From positions 160,001 to 224,000 of the forward strand of contig CAWBHS010000088.1 of assembly GCA_963788655.1 (NCBI GenBank): a DNA stretch of 64,000 nucleotides. Direction: 5' to 3'. Position 1 is the first letter of the stretch; each line of letters begins with the position of its first letter. Origin of the DNA: an uncultured Verrucomicrobiae bacterium. Its GTDB lineage: Bacteria; Verrucomicrobiota; Verrucomicrobiia; Limisphaerales; JAFGQR01. Below the pieces are notes generated by a model. That model saw nothing but the letters and a program-made list of their open reading frames with translations, made no database searches and had not been told where the DNA came from. Position numbers and translations under genes: made by a program. Positions 32,658 to 45,241 of the stretch are shown piece after piece.

Positions 32658-33006
32658 TTACAACGCGTGTCCTTCTTCTTCAGCGAGTGTGCATTTAGTG
32701 GGCGTGTCCACTTCCGTCAGGACATAAACGCCGCCGGCTGGACAAAGCGGTACCGAACGCAGGGTACTTGGCGGTGCCAAACAGGTCGTCCTTTTGGGGG
32801 ATGTCATGACCGCTTTTCTTCTCTTCGTTGGCCCAGACCAGTTTGGCATTCTCGATCTGCCGTAGATTGGCGATGCAAGTGTTCTTGCGGCTAAGCGTGC
32901 GCGCCCGCACAAAGTTGGGCACGGCAATCGCCGCCACCAAGCCAATGATCGCCACGACGATCATGATTTCCACCAGGGTGAATCCACTCTTGTTGTTCGT
33001 CTTCAT
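32658..33006 (-). CDS. Prepilin-type N-methylation protein (pilin/pseudopilin), frameshift near 32763
   Basis: KSGFTLVEIMIVVAIIGL; CIANLRQI; C-terminal CPAGGVY...C..GH in the second frame. Confidence 0.85.
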
Positions 33007-33377
33007 ATTCATATTTCGCCTCTTATTTTCATTGCGGCGTGAACGAGGTTGAAGGCGTTTTATTATTATTGCTTTTGGTCGTTCACGAATTGCCTTCAAC
33101 CATCCGCGTGACCCAAGGTCGTTCAGGTTCAAAGGAATACAACGCTGCAAACCTACGCGTGGGCGGGTAGGGGAATCACTGAATTACACCCCTGGTCGGC
33201 CTTCCGCAATTCTACGAATGCCAAAGCGAACGAGAAACTTGAAATCCGAAAACCAAAGGGATCGAAGCGCAAAACCTTCAGACGGGAAGCAGCTTGGGGC
33301 CGGCAGGGTTCGGAGATTGAATAGGCCGCTCCGAGCTGATCCGGGAGCATGAGGCAGTGCTGCCGAGGCCGTTTACC

Positions 33378-34250
33378 TCATTTCGCCAGCGCCACCAAGT
33401 AACGCTGTAAGCGGGTGACTTCCTCGCTCATTTCCAACAACGAATACGTTTGGTGGAGGTTGGAGCACATCCGCAATAGCATGCGCCGACTGGTGACCGG
33501 AGCCAGATAGCCTTCCTGAAGTCCATGATTGGTTTGCAGGAGGTACTTGATGCAGTCGGCTTTGCTCAAGAATTTGCCGCGGCGAAAGACATCGACGTAA
33601 AGTTGCCGGGTTGTCGATTGGTAACGGCAAATAAAATGTCCCGGCAACCCCACCCCTGCCACGGGCAGTCCCAGGCGTCTGGCCAGTAAAAGATAAACGG
33701 TACACAGGCTGATGGGATTTCCGGTCCGGCGATCAATGACCCGATTCAGGTAACAGTTCTCCGGGTTGTCGCCGTAATCAGGAGTCCCTGTGAATTCCAA
33801 ATGGGCGAACAGGAACTGATTCAGCGTGCCGAGAACAACTTCCGCCGGCGCCCGAAAGTTCAAGCGCACTCGCAGATCACTCGCCCAGGAGTCCAACATG
33901 GCGAGGTAGGCTTCGACGCTGACCTCCGGGTATTGCGTCTGCGCGAGAAGAAAAACGGCTTCCTCGAGATTGAGTTCTTCCCCCTGGTGCAGGCAATAAT
34001 CCAGGAACCGATCATCACCCGTGTTTCGGGCCAAGTGATTGATGATTTCCTGCACGCGCCGGCGCAGCACCGGATCCGAACTTAAGGAAAAAGGGCGCAG
34101 CCATTCACAGGCCCACGGGCCGAAAGAGAGAATTTTGTTCCGAATTACCCGGTAAACTGCTGGATCATCATCTCCCAACAAACTGACCAATGCCGCCCGT
34201 TGGTTTTCGGGCAGGGTCTCCGGAATGGTTGGACTTGCCGCAGCTTGCAT
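33378..34250 (-). CDS. SirB1/transglutaminase-like protein
   Basis: YLNRVIDRRTGNPISL, GVGLPGHF, LLRMCSNL. Confidence 0.85.
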   Translation of the reverse strand: MQAAASPTIPETLPENQRAALVSLLGDDDPAVYRVIRNKILSFGPWACEWLRPFSLSSDPVLRRRVQEIINHLARNTGDDRFLDYCLHQGEELNLEEAVFLLAQTQYPEVSVEAYLAMLDSWASDLRVRLNFRAPAEVVLGTLNQFLFAHLEFTGTPDYGDNPENCYLNRVIDRRTGNPISLCTVYLLLARRLGLPVAGVGLPGHFICRYQSTTRQLYVDVFRRGKFLSKADCIKYLLQTNHGLQEGYLAPVTSRRMLLRMCSNLHQTYSLLEMSEEVTRLQRYLVALAK

Positions 34251-34340
34251 AAACCGAATCGACCCCCGAACGCTGCCAAAAATTCGAGGAAATTTCAATA
34301 CAATAATTGAGGGATCGAGCGATGCCCCGACGTTTCGGGA

Positions 34341-34652
34341 TTACTTGGCCGGAGATTTCTGATCCGGAGGACAGTCCGGCTGTTCCTGCACCTGGTTTAT
34401 TACCTCCTGCATGGTTTGCTCCACTAGCGTGCGATGTTCCTGTTGAGCCCGACGGCGGACTGCGCGCACATCCCACCAGGCAACCACGATGGCCGCCACA
34501 GTGAAGCCCAGGCAAAGCAGCCAGTAGCAAACAAACCGATCACCTTCCAGACGCGCTTTAAGCAGCGTCTGGCCTCCGATCAGCAGGCCTGCCGCCATGG
34601 CCAGACATACCGCGCCGAACCAGCGGCGCATTTTGCTAGCGGATTTGACCAC
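34341..34652 (-). CDS. Small two-TM membrane protein
   Basis: Two hydrophobic segments; co-oriented with the SirB1-like gene. Confidence 0.6.
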   Translation of the reverse strand: MVKSASKMRRWFGAVCLAMAAGLLIGGQTLLKARLEGDRFVCYWLLCLGFTVAAIVVAWWDVRAVRRRAQQEHRTLVEQTMQEVINQVQEQPDCPPDQKSPAK

Positions 34653-34791
34653 GCGCGCAAACTACCACCGCGTCCCAGCTCGCCCAAGGGAAAAGGCGAA
34701 ATGCCCATTCCCGCAGATTGCCCATTGCAGTCGGCTCGGTTTTCTTCCACTGTTACGGCCAGATTGAACGAAGCAACAACCGAACGTCATT

Positions 34792-35184
34792 ATGGAAATC
34801 GCAACACAATTGGCCCTGTTTCTCGACAACCGCCCCGGCATGCTGGCGCGCGTCTGCGATGCGCTGGCGGAAGCCCAGATCAACATTTACGCCCTGACCA
34901 CCAGTGACACGATTGATCACACGGTCATCCGCCTGCTGGTGAGCGACCCGCGCAAGGCCCTCTTGCTCTTCGAGGAACGCGGCACGCTGGTCGTGGAAAC
35001 CGACGTGGTGCTGGTGGATGGTGATAACAAGCCGGGTTCGCTGGCGGCGATTTCCCAAAAACTGGCCAAAGCCAAGGTCAATATTGAATACTGTTATTGC
35101 GCTACCCCGCCGAACGCCGAGCAGGGGCTGCTGGTCTTGCGCGTTTCCAACGCCGAAAAGGCGTGCCAGGTTTTGGCGGGCTGA
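34792..35184 (+). CDS. Tandem ACT-domain protein
   Basis: LDNRPGML..INI and DNKPGSL..VNIEY repeats. Confidence 0.88.
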   Translation: MEIATQLALFLDNRPGMLARVCDALAEAQINIYALTTSDTIDHTVIRLLVSDPRKALLLFEERGTLVVETDVVLVDGDNKPGSLAAISQKLAKAKVNIEYCYCATPPNAEQGLLVLRVSNAEKACQVLAG

Positions 35185-35584
35185 ACACCGCTGCCATTGC
35201 TGGGCCGGACAAATCATCAAGGGTGACGTGGTTTACGCCAACCCTTTCCCGCCAACGTAGGGATGGGTTGGCGGGAGCAAGTTGTCGGTGGCGTCCAGCG
35301 TGGTTTAGCGTTTGGAACCCCAAGCCGACCCTGCTTTCGCTGAGAGCTTGGCCGACCCTGACCGGCTGACGCCCCCGCACGAAGTGAAGCTGCGTTTGCC
35401 GGGAACCAGACTTGAACGGCGGCTGGATTTTTGGCAGCATTTCGCGGCAGATTATTGCGCCCGGATTCCTTCCTCGGCATCCCGACCATCCTTCGACTTT
35501 GCAGGTTCTGCCTTGCGGATGACAAAAATAGAAAAAAGGGATTGAAGATGCTAGAGATGATGGTAGTTAGAACCGAATTTTGAC

Positions 35585-38500
35585 ATGAATGATTGCAGTC
35601 CAACCCTCCCGCTCGTACGGCGACCTGATGGTCCACCGCCGAAACAGGGCCTTTATGACCCCCAGTTCGAGCATGACGCCTGTGGGGTCGGGTTCGTGGT
35701 GAACATCAAGGGCAAGGCGTCGCACGACATTATTCGGCAGGCGCTGAATGTGAATCTCAATTTGCGGCACCGCGGTGCTTGCGGTTGCGAAGCCAATACT
35801 GGAGATGGGGCTGGCCTGCTGTTGCAGATTCCGCATCGCTTCTTCCAGCAAGCGAGCGCCGATGCCGGTTTCTCGCTGCCCGAACCCGGCCATTATGGCG
35901 CGGGTAACATCTTCCTGCCGGCGGACCAGTCCCAGCGGTTGGAGTGCGAACGGCAGTTCAACGAAATTATCGAGGCGGAAGGCCAAACGGTGCTGGGGTG
36001 GCGTTCCGTGCCCACCAACAATAGCAGTTTGGGCAACACGGCAAAAGCCAGTGAACCGGTCGTCCGCCAGGTTTTTATCGGACGCAATCCGACCTTGAAA
36101 TCCATCCTGGAATTCGAACGGAAGCTCTACATCATCCGCCGCCGGGCGGAAAACGCGATCCGCTACGGAGACGGCGCACCGCTGGAGAGGTTTCTATATT
36201 TGCAGTCTGTCCGCCCGCACGCTGGTTTATAAGGGCATGCTCATGCCGGATCAGTTGGAGGACTATTTCCCCGATCTGCAGGATACCGCCATGGAAAGCG
36301 CCCTGGGCTTGGTCCATTCGCGCTTCAGCACCAACACGTTTCCCAGTTGGGCGCGGTCCCACCCCTATCGCTACCTGGCCCACAACGGGGAAATCAACAC
36401 CCTGCGCGGCAATATCAATTGGATGCACGCCCGGCAGTCGATGTTCGCCCATGAGACCTGTTGGCGACGACATCAGCAAGATCCTGCCCATTGTCAGCAC
36501 CGACGGCAGCGACTCGGCCATGTTCGACAACTGCCTCGAAATGCTGGTCCTCAGCGGGCGGTCCCTGGCGCACGCGATCATGATGATGATCCCCGAGCCG
36601 TGGATCAACCACGAGAGCATGAGCAGACGATCTCAAGGCATTTTACGAATACCATAGCTGTCTGATGGAACCCTGGGACGGCCCGGCCTCGATCGCGTTC
36701 ACCGACGGGGTGCAGATTGGCGCGGTGTTGGACCGCAACGGGCTGCGTCCCTCGCGTTATTACGTCACCAAGGACGACTTGGTCATCATGGCGTCGGAAG
36801 TGGGCGTGCTGGATGTGCCGCCCGAACGGGTCTTGCAGAAGGGCCGCCTCCAACCGGGTCGCATGTTCCTGATCGACACCGAGCAAGGGCGGATTGTCGC
36901 GGACGAAGAAATCAAGCAGGGGATGGCCGCGGCCCAGCCTTACCGGAAATGGCTCGACCAATATCTCGTCAAACTGGAGCAATTGCCCGAGCCGTCCGAA
37001 GTGCCGGAACCGGACCACAAGACGGTGCTGCAGCGCCAGAAGGCCTTCGGTTACACGTTCGAAGACCTGCGCATTCTCATGGCGCCGATGGCCCGCAACG
37101 CGGTGGAAGCGTTGGGCTCGATGGGCACTGACACGCCGCTGGCGGTGCTCTCCGAACAAGCCGCAGTTGCTGTACAACTATTTCAAACAACTGTTCGCGC
37201 AGGTCACCAATCCGCCGATTGACTGCATTCGCGAGGAAATCATCACCTCGACGGAGACCACCATCGGTTCCGAGCGCAATTTGCTCGATCCGCAGCCGGA
37301 GAGCTGTCACCTGATCGAGTTGAAGACGCCCATCCTGACCAACGAGGAATTGGCCAAACTGCGCTTCGTGGCGGAAGGCCAATTCCGGTCGATGACGCTG
37401 CCCATTCTGTTCGATCCCAAACTGGGCGGCGCTGGGCCTGGAGGCGGCCATGGATGAATTGTGCCAAAAGGCCAGCCAGGCGATGACGGAGGGCATCAAC
37501 ATTCTCATTCTGTCGGACCGGGCGTGAACGCTGAACGGGCGCCCATTCCGGCGCTGCTGGCGGTGGCCGGCTTGCACCATCACCTCATCCGCGAAGGCAC
37601 CCGCACGCGCGTCGGCCTGGTGCTGGAATCCGGCGAACCGCGCGAAGTGCATCATTTCTCGCTGCTCATTGGTTACGGCTGCGGCGCCATCAATCCCTAT
37701 CTCGCGTTCGAGACGCTGGACGACATGATTCGCCAGGGCGTGCTGGACGGATTGGACCACGCGACCGCTTGCAAGAAATACGTCAAGGCCGCCGTCAAAG
37801 GCGTGGTCAAAGTCATGTCGAAGATGGGCATCTCCACGATCCAAAGCTACTTGGGCGCGCAGATTTTCGAAGCCGTCGGCTTGAGCCAGCCGGTCATCGA
37901 CAAGTATTTCACCTGGACGCCGTCGCGCGTCGAGCGGCATCGGCCTCGAGGTGATCGCCCAGGAAGCGGCGATGCGTCACCAGAAGGCCTTCCCGCCCAT
38001 GGCGGTCAACGGGCAACGCGCTCGATGCCGGGGGGCAAGTACCAATGGCGCAGCGACGGCGAATACCATCTGTTCAATCCGCGATCCATTCACAAGCTGC
38101 AGATCGCCTGCCGCACGGGCAGCTTACGCGTTGTTCAAGGAATATTCCAGCATGGTCAACGAACAAGCCCGGCAGCTCATGCACGCTGCGCGGATTGCTT
38201 GATTTCAAGTTGGCCCGCAGGCGATCCCGCTGGACGAAGTGGAACCGGTCGAGGAAATCGTGAAACGATTCAAGACCGGCGCCATGAGCTACGGCTCGAT
38301 CAGCAAGGAAGCGCACGAAGCGCTGGCCATTGCCATGAACCGCCTCGGCGGCAAGAGCAACACCGGCGAAGGCGGCGAAGATCCGGCCCGCTACATTCCG
38401 GACGCCAACGGCGACTCAAGAACAGCGCCATCAAACAGGTGGCCTCGGGCCGCTTTGGCGTTACCAGCCAATACCTGGTCAATGCTAAGGAAATCCAAAT

Positions 38501-40232
38501 CAAAATGGCCCAGGGCGCCAAGCCAGGCGAAGGCGGCCAACTGCCCGGCGCGAAAGTCTATCCGTGGATGGCCAAGGTGCGTTACTCCACGCCGGGGGTC
38601 GGATTGATTTCGCCGCCGCCGCACCATGACATTTATTCGATCGAAGATCTGGCGGAACTGATTCACGACCTCAAGAACGCCAATTCACGGGCGCGCATCA
38701 GCGTGAAGCTGGTGGCCGAAGTGGGCGTGGGCACCATCGCCGCGGGCGTGGCCAAGGCCCATGCGGACGTGGTGTTGATCAGCGGTTACGACGGCGGCAC
38801 CGGCGCCTCGCCGCAAACCAGCATCAAGCACGCGGGCCTGCCCTGGGAACTGGGCCTGGCCGAAACGCATCAGACGCTGGTCCTGAACAATCTCCGCAGC
38901 CGCATTGTCGTGGAAACCGACGGCAAACTGATGACCGGCCGCGACGTGGTCATCGCCGCGCTGCTGGGCGCCGAGGAATTCGGTTTTGCCACCGCCCCGC
39001 TCGTTGCGCTGGGTTGCATCATGATGCGCGTCTGCCACCTCAACACCTGCCCGGTGGGCGTCGCCACCCAGGATCCGCGGCTGCGCAAGTTCTTTACCGG
39101 CAATCCGGATCACGTGGTGAACTTCATGCGCTTCATCGCCCAGGAAGCTCGCGAAATCATGGCGCGAACTCGGCTTCCGCAGTTTCAACGAAATGGTCGG
39201 CCGCATTGACTGGCTGGAAGTCAAAAAGGCCATCGAGCATTGGAAGGCCAAAGGCCTGGATTTCACCAATATCCTATATCGCGCCGGACGTGCCGCAAGA
39301 CATCGGACGTTATTGCCAGATTCCCCAGGACCACGGTCTCGACAAAGCGCTGGACAATCGGCTGCTGCTCAAACTGTGCGAACCGGCGCTCGAACGCAAA
39401 GAAAGCGTCCGGGCTACGTTGCCCATCCGCAACGTCAACCGCGTGGTCGGCACCATCATCGGCAGCGAAATCACCCGTCGCTACGGCTTGGACGGCCTTG
39501 CCCGAAGACACCATCCGAATTCGCTTTCAAGGGCACCGCCGGGCAGAGCTTCGGCGCGTTCATGCCGCAAGGGGATGACCTTCCTGCTGGAAGGCGACGC
39601 GAACGATTATATCGGCAAGGGTCTGTCCGGCGGCAAGATCATCGTTTATCCGCCCGAGGGCTCGACGTTTGTGCCGGAGGAAAACATCATCATCGGCAAC
39701 GTGGCCTTTTACGGCGCCACCGGCGGTGAAGCTTACATTCGCGGCATGGCCGGCGAACGGTTCTGCGTGCGCAACAGCGGGGTCAACGCGGTCGTGGAAT
39801 CCGTGGGCGACCACGGCTGCGAATACATGACCGGCGGACGGGTGGTCGTCCTCGGCGCGACCGGACGCAACTTTGCCGCCGGCATGAGCGGCGGCGTTGC
39901 CTATGTCCTGGACGAACACGGCAATTTTTCCACGCCGTTGCAATCCGCAAATGGTCGGACTGGAGAAGCTCGAAGACGCCGACTGAAATCGAAGAAATCC
40001 GCGAGATGATCCAGCGGCATGCCGACCACACCAAGAGCCAGCGGGCGTGGCAGGTGCTGTCCTCCTGGGAACGAGTACGTGCCGCAAATTCGTCAAGGTC
40101 ATGCCCAAGGACTACAAGCGCATGCTCAAGGCCATCAAGACGGTCACTGCACAGGGCCTGAGCGGCGACGAAGCCATGATGGCCGCTTTTGAAGAAAACG
40201 CCAGAAACCTGGCCCGCATCGGCGGAAGCTGA
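35585..40232 (+). CDS. gltB: Glutamate synthase large subunit (many frameshifts)
   Basis: [73 protein letters not shown] in successive frames. Confidence 0.93.
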
Positions 40233-40320
40233 TCGGCGTCTGCCCCGCGATGAATCGACTCAAATCATATTTCACCTTGTTCGCCGACGGCGACTGATGG
40301 TATTGAACGAACATAACACG

Positions 40321-41814
40321 ATGGGAAAACCGACAGGATTCATCGAATATCTCCGCGAACTGCCCCTGGACCGGCCTGCGCTCGAACGTCTGCACGACTG
40401 GAACGAATTCCACCTGCACATGGAGGAGGCCGAGCTCAAGCAGCAGGCGCGCGTTGCATGGATTGCGGCATTCCTTTCTGCCACACCGGCAAGCTTGATC
40501 AGCGGCATGGCCTCCGGCTGCCCGATCAACAACCTGATTCCCGAATGGAATGACCTGGTCTATCGCGGGCTGTGGCGGGAGGCGCTCGACCGGCTGCACA
40601 AAACCAACAACTTTCCCGAGTTCACCGGCCGCGTCTGCCCGGCGCCGTGCGAAGGTTCCTGCGACGCTCGGCATTGATCGCCACCGCCGGTCACCATCAA
40701 GAAATCGAGTGCACCATCATTGACCAAGGCTGGGAACAAGGGCTGGGTCGTCCCCGCAAGCGCCCGATGCTCGCACCGGCAAGAAAGTCGCCGTGGTGGG
40801 CTCCGGTCCGGCCGGACTGTGCGCCGCGGCTCAACTCAACCGTGCCGGTCACCGGGTCACCGTCTTCGAACGCGCCGACCGCATCGGCGGCTTGCTCATG
40901 TATGGCATCCCCAACATGAAGCTCGACAAGAAGAAGGTCGTCGAGCGCCGCCTGGAACAGATGACCCAAGAAGGCGTCAACTTCGTCCCCAACACCGAGG
41001 TGGGCGAGCAACTATCCGGCGGACAAATTGCTGAAGGAGTTCGATGCCACCGTCCTTTGCACCGGCGCCACCAAACCGCGCGATCTGCCCATCGAAGGCC
41101 GCGACCTCAAAGGCATCCATTTCGCGATGGAGTTTCTCACCGCCAATACCAAGGCCGTGCTCGATGGCAAGCCCGGCAAGGACTATCATCAATGCCGCCG
41201 GCAAGGACGTCATCGTCATCGGCGGCGGCGATACCGGCACCGACTGCGTCGGCACCTCCATGCGCCACGGCTGCCGCAGCCTGGTGCAGTTGGAAATCCT
41301 GCCGAAGCCGCCGACCGAACGCGCTCCGGACAATCCCTGGCCCGAATGGCCCAAGATTTACCGCATGGATTACGGCCAGGAAGAAGCCGCCGCCAAGTTC
41401 GGCGAGCGACCCGCGGATTTACCTGACGACGGTCAAGAAATTCGACGGCGACGACCAAGGGACACGTTCAAGGCGCTCTCACCGTGCAGATCGAGTGGAA
41501 GAAGAACGAAGGCGGCAGTTTCATGCCGCAGGAAGTGCCCGGCACGGAAAAAGAAATTCCGGCGCAGCTGGTGCTTGCTGGCCATGGGCTTTCTGGGTCC
41601 CGAACAACCGTTGCTCGAGCAACTCGGCCTCGAACGCGACGCCCGCAGCAACATCAAGGCGGACTTCCAGCAGTACACCACGAATCTCCCAGGCGTCTTC
41701 GCCGCCGGCGATTGCCGTCGCGGCCAGAGCCTGGTCGTCTGGGCCTTCAACGAAGGCCGCGGCGCCGCTCGCGAATGCGACCGCTACCTGATGGGCTCTA
41801 CGAGCCTACCGTAA
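40321..41814 (+). CDS. gltD: Glutamate synthase small subunit (several frameshifts)
   Basis: [65 protein letters not shown]. Confidence 0.93.
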
Positions 41815-41897
41815 TTCGGCAACATGCTGCCGGCCTCCCGCCGGCAGAGCCGAATGAGGTAGGACGTTGGAATAGACGACTAACTTCGCGCGTCATT

Positions 41898-42263
41898 TCA
41901 GACTGTCTGGTCGATCCAAACGCGCGCCAGATCGGCATCCTTTTGCTCAAAGTAACGAACTGTGGCGGTTGTGAACGGCCGGCAGAACTGGGCCAGCCAC
42001 CGTTCCCATTGCCGATCGCCGATCATGGCCAGCCGGTCGATGTGGGCGAAGTGTTTCACGTCGAACTTGATTTCCTGCCATAAACCGGAGGTGTCCCACC
42101 CGTGGAAGTCCTGCATGTCGAGGAGCACGGAGATTTTGCCGTGTTGCTCCAGCAGGCGCTCAAAGGCCGGCACGAAATGGTGGAAATCGTCGGCGGTGAG
42201 TGTGCCGCGCAAGTGGAGCTCGAAGACTTTGCCGTGGTGGAGTTCTGTGAGGGTGACGGGCAT
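41898..42263 (-). CDS. SpoIIAA-like (STAS/SEC14) protein
   Basis: GTLTADDF, DFHGW, RLAMIGD..W, VRYF..A..W pattern. Confidence 0.85.
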   Translation of the reverse strand: MPVTLTELHHGKVFELHLRGTLTADDFHHFVPAFERLLEQHGKISVLLDMQDFHGWDTSGLWQEIKFDVKHFAHIDRLAMIGDRQWERWLAQFCRPFTTATVRYFEQKDADLARVWIDQTV

Positions 42264-42277
42264 AAGGTTTAGGGAGT

Positions 42278-42778
42278 TTAACGTTTTGGTGAAGTCGCGG
42301 GGGAGGGGGGCATTTCGCTGCTCAACCTTCGGGTGTAGCGGCTTTCGAGGGCCTGCACTTTTGCCAGGCGCCGCCGATGCCGCTCTTCGTTGGAAAATTT
42401 GGCTTCGAGAAACGTGCTCACCAACTCCACCGCCACCGCTTCGCCGATGACCCGCCCTCCCAGCACGAGCACATTCATATTGTCGTGTTCGACCCCTTGG
42501 TGCGCGGAGTAATGGTCGTGACACAAGCCCGCCCGCACTCCCGGAATTTTGTTCGCTGCCACGGACGCCCCCACGCCGCTGCCGCACAGCAGAACGCCCC
42601 GTTCGGCTCGTCCTTCGGCCAGCGCGAGGCCGACGGCTTCCGCGAAGTCGGGATAATCCACCGGGGCGGTTCCGTGCGTGCCGAGGTCCAAAAGTTCATG
42701 GCCCAGCTCCAGTAACAACTCCTTGAGTTGTTCCTTCATTTCGTAACCGGCATGATCCGCGGCAAGGGCAATCTTCAT
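42278..42778 (-). CDS. rpiB: Ribose 5-phosphate isomerase B
   Basis: [30 protein letters not shown]. Confidence 0.93.
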   Translation of the reverse strand: MKIALAADHAGYEMKEQLKELLLELGHELLDLGTHGTAPVDYPDFAEAVGLALAEGRAERGVLLCGSGVGASVAANKIPGVRAGLCHDHYSAHQGVEHDNMNVLVLGGRVIGEAVAVELVSTFLEAKFSNEERHRRRLAKVQALESRYTRRLSSEMPPSPATSPKR

Positions 42779-42793
42779 AAGCACAAACGCTGA

Positions 42794-45241
42794 TTAATGG
42801 GCGGCTGGTGCGGCACTCGGACGGAGGGCCGTTAGGTTCAGTTCCACTTCTTCGTGTTCCTTCAGTTCCATCACTCGTTCCCCGAAGCCGAGGCGGACGG
42901 GGGCGCCCTCGCAATGCGCCACTTGAACCGTCAACCACTCCTGCGTCACGTGCAAGGCGAGCGATGCCTGGCGGTAGCGGATGTTGAGCCGCAGGCTCGC
43001 CAACTCACGGGGCAGGCTGGGGTTGAGCCACAGTACGTCCTGCCGCGTTTCAATGCCGGCATACGCCCGCTGCACCAAGTCCACCGTGCCGGCCATGGCG
43101 CCCAAATGAATCCCCTCCGGGGTGGTCCCGCCCTGGATGTCGGCGAAGTCACTCTGTAGCGCGCGGGTGAAGAGCTTCCAGGAACGCTCACGGTCCGACC
43201 GCGCCAGCACCCAGGAATTGACCACCTGGCTCAAGGTCGAACCATGGGAAGTGCGCTGCATGTAATACTCGACATGGCGCGGAATCATTTCCGCGTCGAA
43301 CTCGTATCCCAGCCGCTCGAACAACTGCCGGAGTTCCTCGGCCGAGAACAAATAAAACAACATCAGCACGTCCGCCTGTTTGGAGGCCTGGTAACGGTTG
43401 GGGGTGTCGCCTTCGGCTTCGAGAATGCGGTCCAGGCGCATGACCGGACCATGCTTTGGTCGGTACGTGTCCCAGTCAAATTCCTCGAGTTCCGCATAAC
43501 CTTCAAACTGGCTGATCATGCCATCGCCGTGAAAGACGATCCGCATATGGCGGGTGATGTCCTCCCACCGGTTGAGTTCCTCCGATTTCAAGGCCAGTTT
43601 CTCGCGTATTTGGGAACCGTGTTCTTGCGGCAGCAATTCGGCCAGTTCCAAGGCGCGGCACAGCACCCACACCGCCATCACGTTCGTGTACGCGTTGTTG
43701 TTCAGGCCGGGTTTGTCCAAACCGGGATATGCGTCGTGGTACTCGTCCGGCCCCATCACGCCCAGAATCTCGTAGCGTTTTAAGTCGTGGTTGAAGCTGG
43801 TGCGATTGGCCCAGAACCGGGCGATTTCGAAAATCATTTCCGCGCCGTGGAAACAAAGGAATTCGAGGTCACCCGTGACTTGATAAAATTGCCACAGGTT
43901 ATAGACAATCGCCGCATTAACGTGCCGCTGGAGGAGTGAATGGTCCGGCAGCCAACGGCCCGATTGCGGATTCAAATGAACCACCTGGGTTTCTTCGCGC
44001 CCATCGCTGCCGCTTTGCCAGGGGTACATGGCCCCGGCGTATCCCGCCTGGTCCGCCGCCCGTCGCGCCGCACCCAGGCGGCGATGCCGATATTTCAGCA
44101 GCGCGCGGGTAATGTCGGGAATCCGCAGATTCAACAGGGGGAAGATGAATAGCTCGTCCCAAAAAACATGGCCCCGGTAGGCTTCTCCGTGCCAGCCGCG
44201 CGAGGGTACGCCGACATCGAGTTCGAGCGTGTGGGGCGAGGTTGTTTGGAGTAGATGGAAGATATGCAGCCGCAAGATGAGCGCCGTGTCGGCGTTTTCC
44301 TTGGCGGCGGGATCGGTGAATTCGAGTTGGATGTCGAACCGGTTCCACAGTCGTTTCCAGGCCTGGAGATGCCGCTCGAATACATCGTCGAACGACGCCG
44401 CTTCCGCCACCGCCTGCCGCGCCGCCAGGCCGCACTCGGAGATGGCCCAATCGCGCGCGGTGAAGAGTGCCACAATTTTTTCGATGCGGATTTCTTCGCC
44501 CTCATGGATGTCCACAGTGAAGTCCTGCGCCACGTAACCCGGCTCGGCGGTCACGTGCGTCTTTACCATGAGTTGCTGGCTTTTATTAAACACCCGCAGC
44601 CGGGCCGCCAGGGCGACCCGCAGTTCCGACTGGCTCGTCTGGACTTTCAGGTGAATGGTTTCCTCGTCCGAACCGCCGCCCGCAAGGGGGACGAGATGCC
44701 GCCCGTTCAAATGGCGATAGCGCGCCACGCCGGAGTTGACCACCCGGCCATCCAGCGCTGAGCGGAACTCCATGCGGCCAGACCAGTTCTCCGGCATCCA
44801 CTTGGTTTCCATGGCGGCCAGGTGCGGATCGGCCATGCTCACCAGACGGCGGCTGGCCACGGCGGTGCAGCGGCCTTCGGCATCGCGAAAACGGATGGTC
44901 CGGAAGAGCACGCCTTCGTGCAAATCCAGTTCCTGGCAATAGGCAAGTATTTCCACCTGGCGCAGGTCAAACCACTCCCCGTGGTTGATTCGAAAATTTA
45001 ATGGAAGCCAGTTCGGCAGGTTCACCAAATCTTCGTTCTCAACGGTTCGGCCTTCCACTTCGGTCGCGAGCCGGTTGTAGCCGCCGGCAAGATAGGTTCC
45101 CGGATAATGCACGTCGTCGGCGCCGCTCTCCGGCGCCGCGCCCCGGGTGGCGAAATAGCCGTTGCCGAGCGTACACAGGGCTTCGCGCAGGCCTTCCCTC
45201 GGCGGGTCAAAGCCATCGTAAACCAATTGCCAATCGTTCAT
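42794..45241 (-). CDS. Glycoside hydrolase family 65 (trehalose/trehalose-6-phosphate phosphorylase-like)
   Basis: LGNGYFATRG, GEAYRGHVFWDE, GPDEYH, KQADVLML, HGSTLS, GIHLGAMAG. Confidence 0.92.
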   Translation of the reverse strand: MNDWQLVYDGFDPPREGLREALCTLGNGYFATRGAAPESGADDVHYPGTYLAGGYNRLATEVEGRTVENEDLVNLPNWLPLNFRINHGEWFDLRQVEILAYCQELDLHEGVLFRTIRFRDAEGRCTAVASRRLVSMADPHLAAMETKWMPENWSGRMEFRSALDGRVVNSGVARYRHLNGRHLVPLAGGGSDEETIHLKVQTSQSELRVALAARLRVFNKSQQLMVKTHVTAEPGYVAQDFTVDIHEGEEIRIEKIVALFTARDWAISECGLAARQAVAEAASFDDVFERHLQAWKRLWNRFDIQLEFTDPAAKENADTALILRLHIFHLLQTTSPHTLELDVGVPSRGWHGEAYRGHVFWDELFIFPLLNLRIPDITRALLKYRHRRLGAARRAADQAGYAGAMYPWQSGSDGREETQVVHLNPQSGRWLPDHSLLQRHVNAAIVYNLWQFYQVTGDLEFLCFHGAEMIFEIARFWANRTSFNHDLKRYEILGVMGPDEYHDAYPGLDKPGLNNNAYTNVMAVWVLCRALELAELLPQEHGSQIREKLALKSEELNRWEDITRHMRIVFHGDGMISQFEGYAELEEFDWDTYRPKHGPVMRLDRILEAEGDTPNRYQASKQADVLMLFYLFSAEELRQLFERLGYEFDAEMIPRHVEYYMQRTSHGSTLSQVVNSWVLARSDRERSWKLFTRALQSDFADIQGGTTPEGIHLGAMAGTVDLVQRAYAGIETRQDVLWLNPSLPRELASLRLNIRYRQASLALHVTQEWLTVQVAHCEGAPVRLGFGERVMELKEHEEVELNLTALRPSAAPAAH

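Noticed and set aside
33030..33230. Riboswitch, 6S RNA or sigma54 promoter upstream of the pilin
   Set aside because: The GG-to-GC spacing is 13 nt rather than 10, and no diagnostic RNA motif is recognisable.
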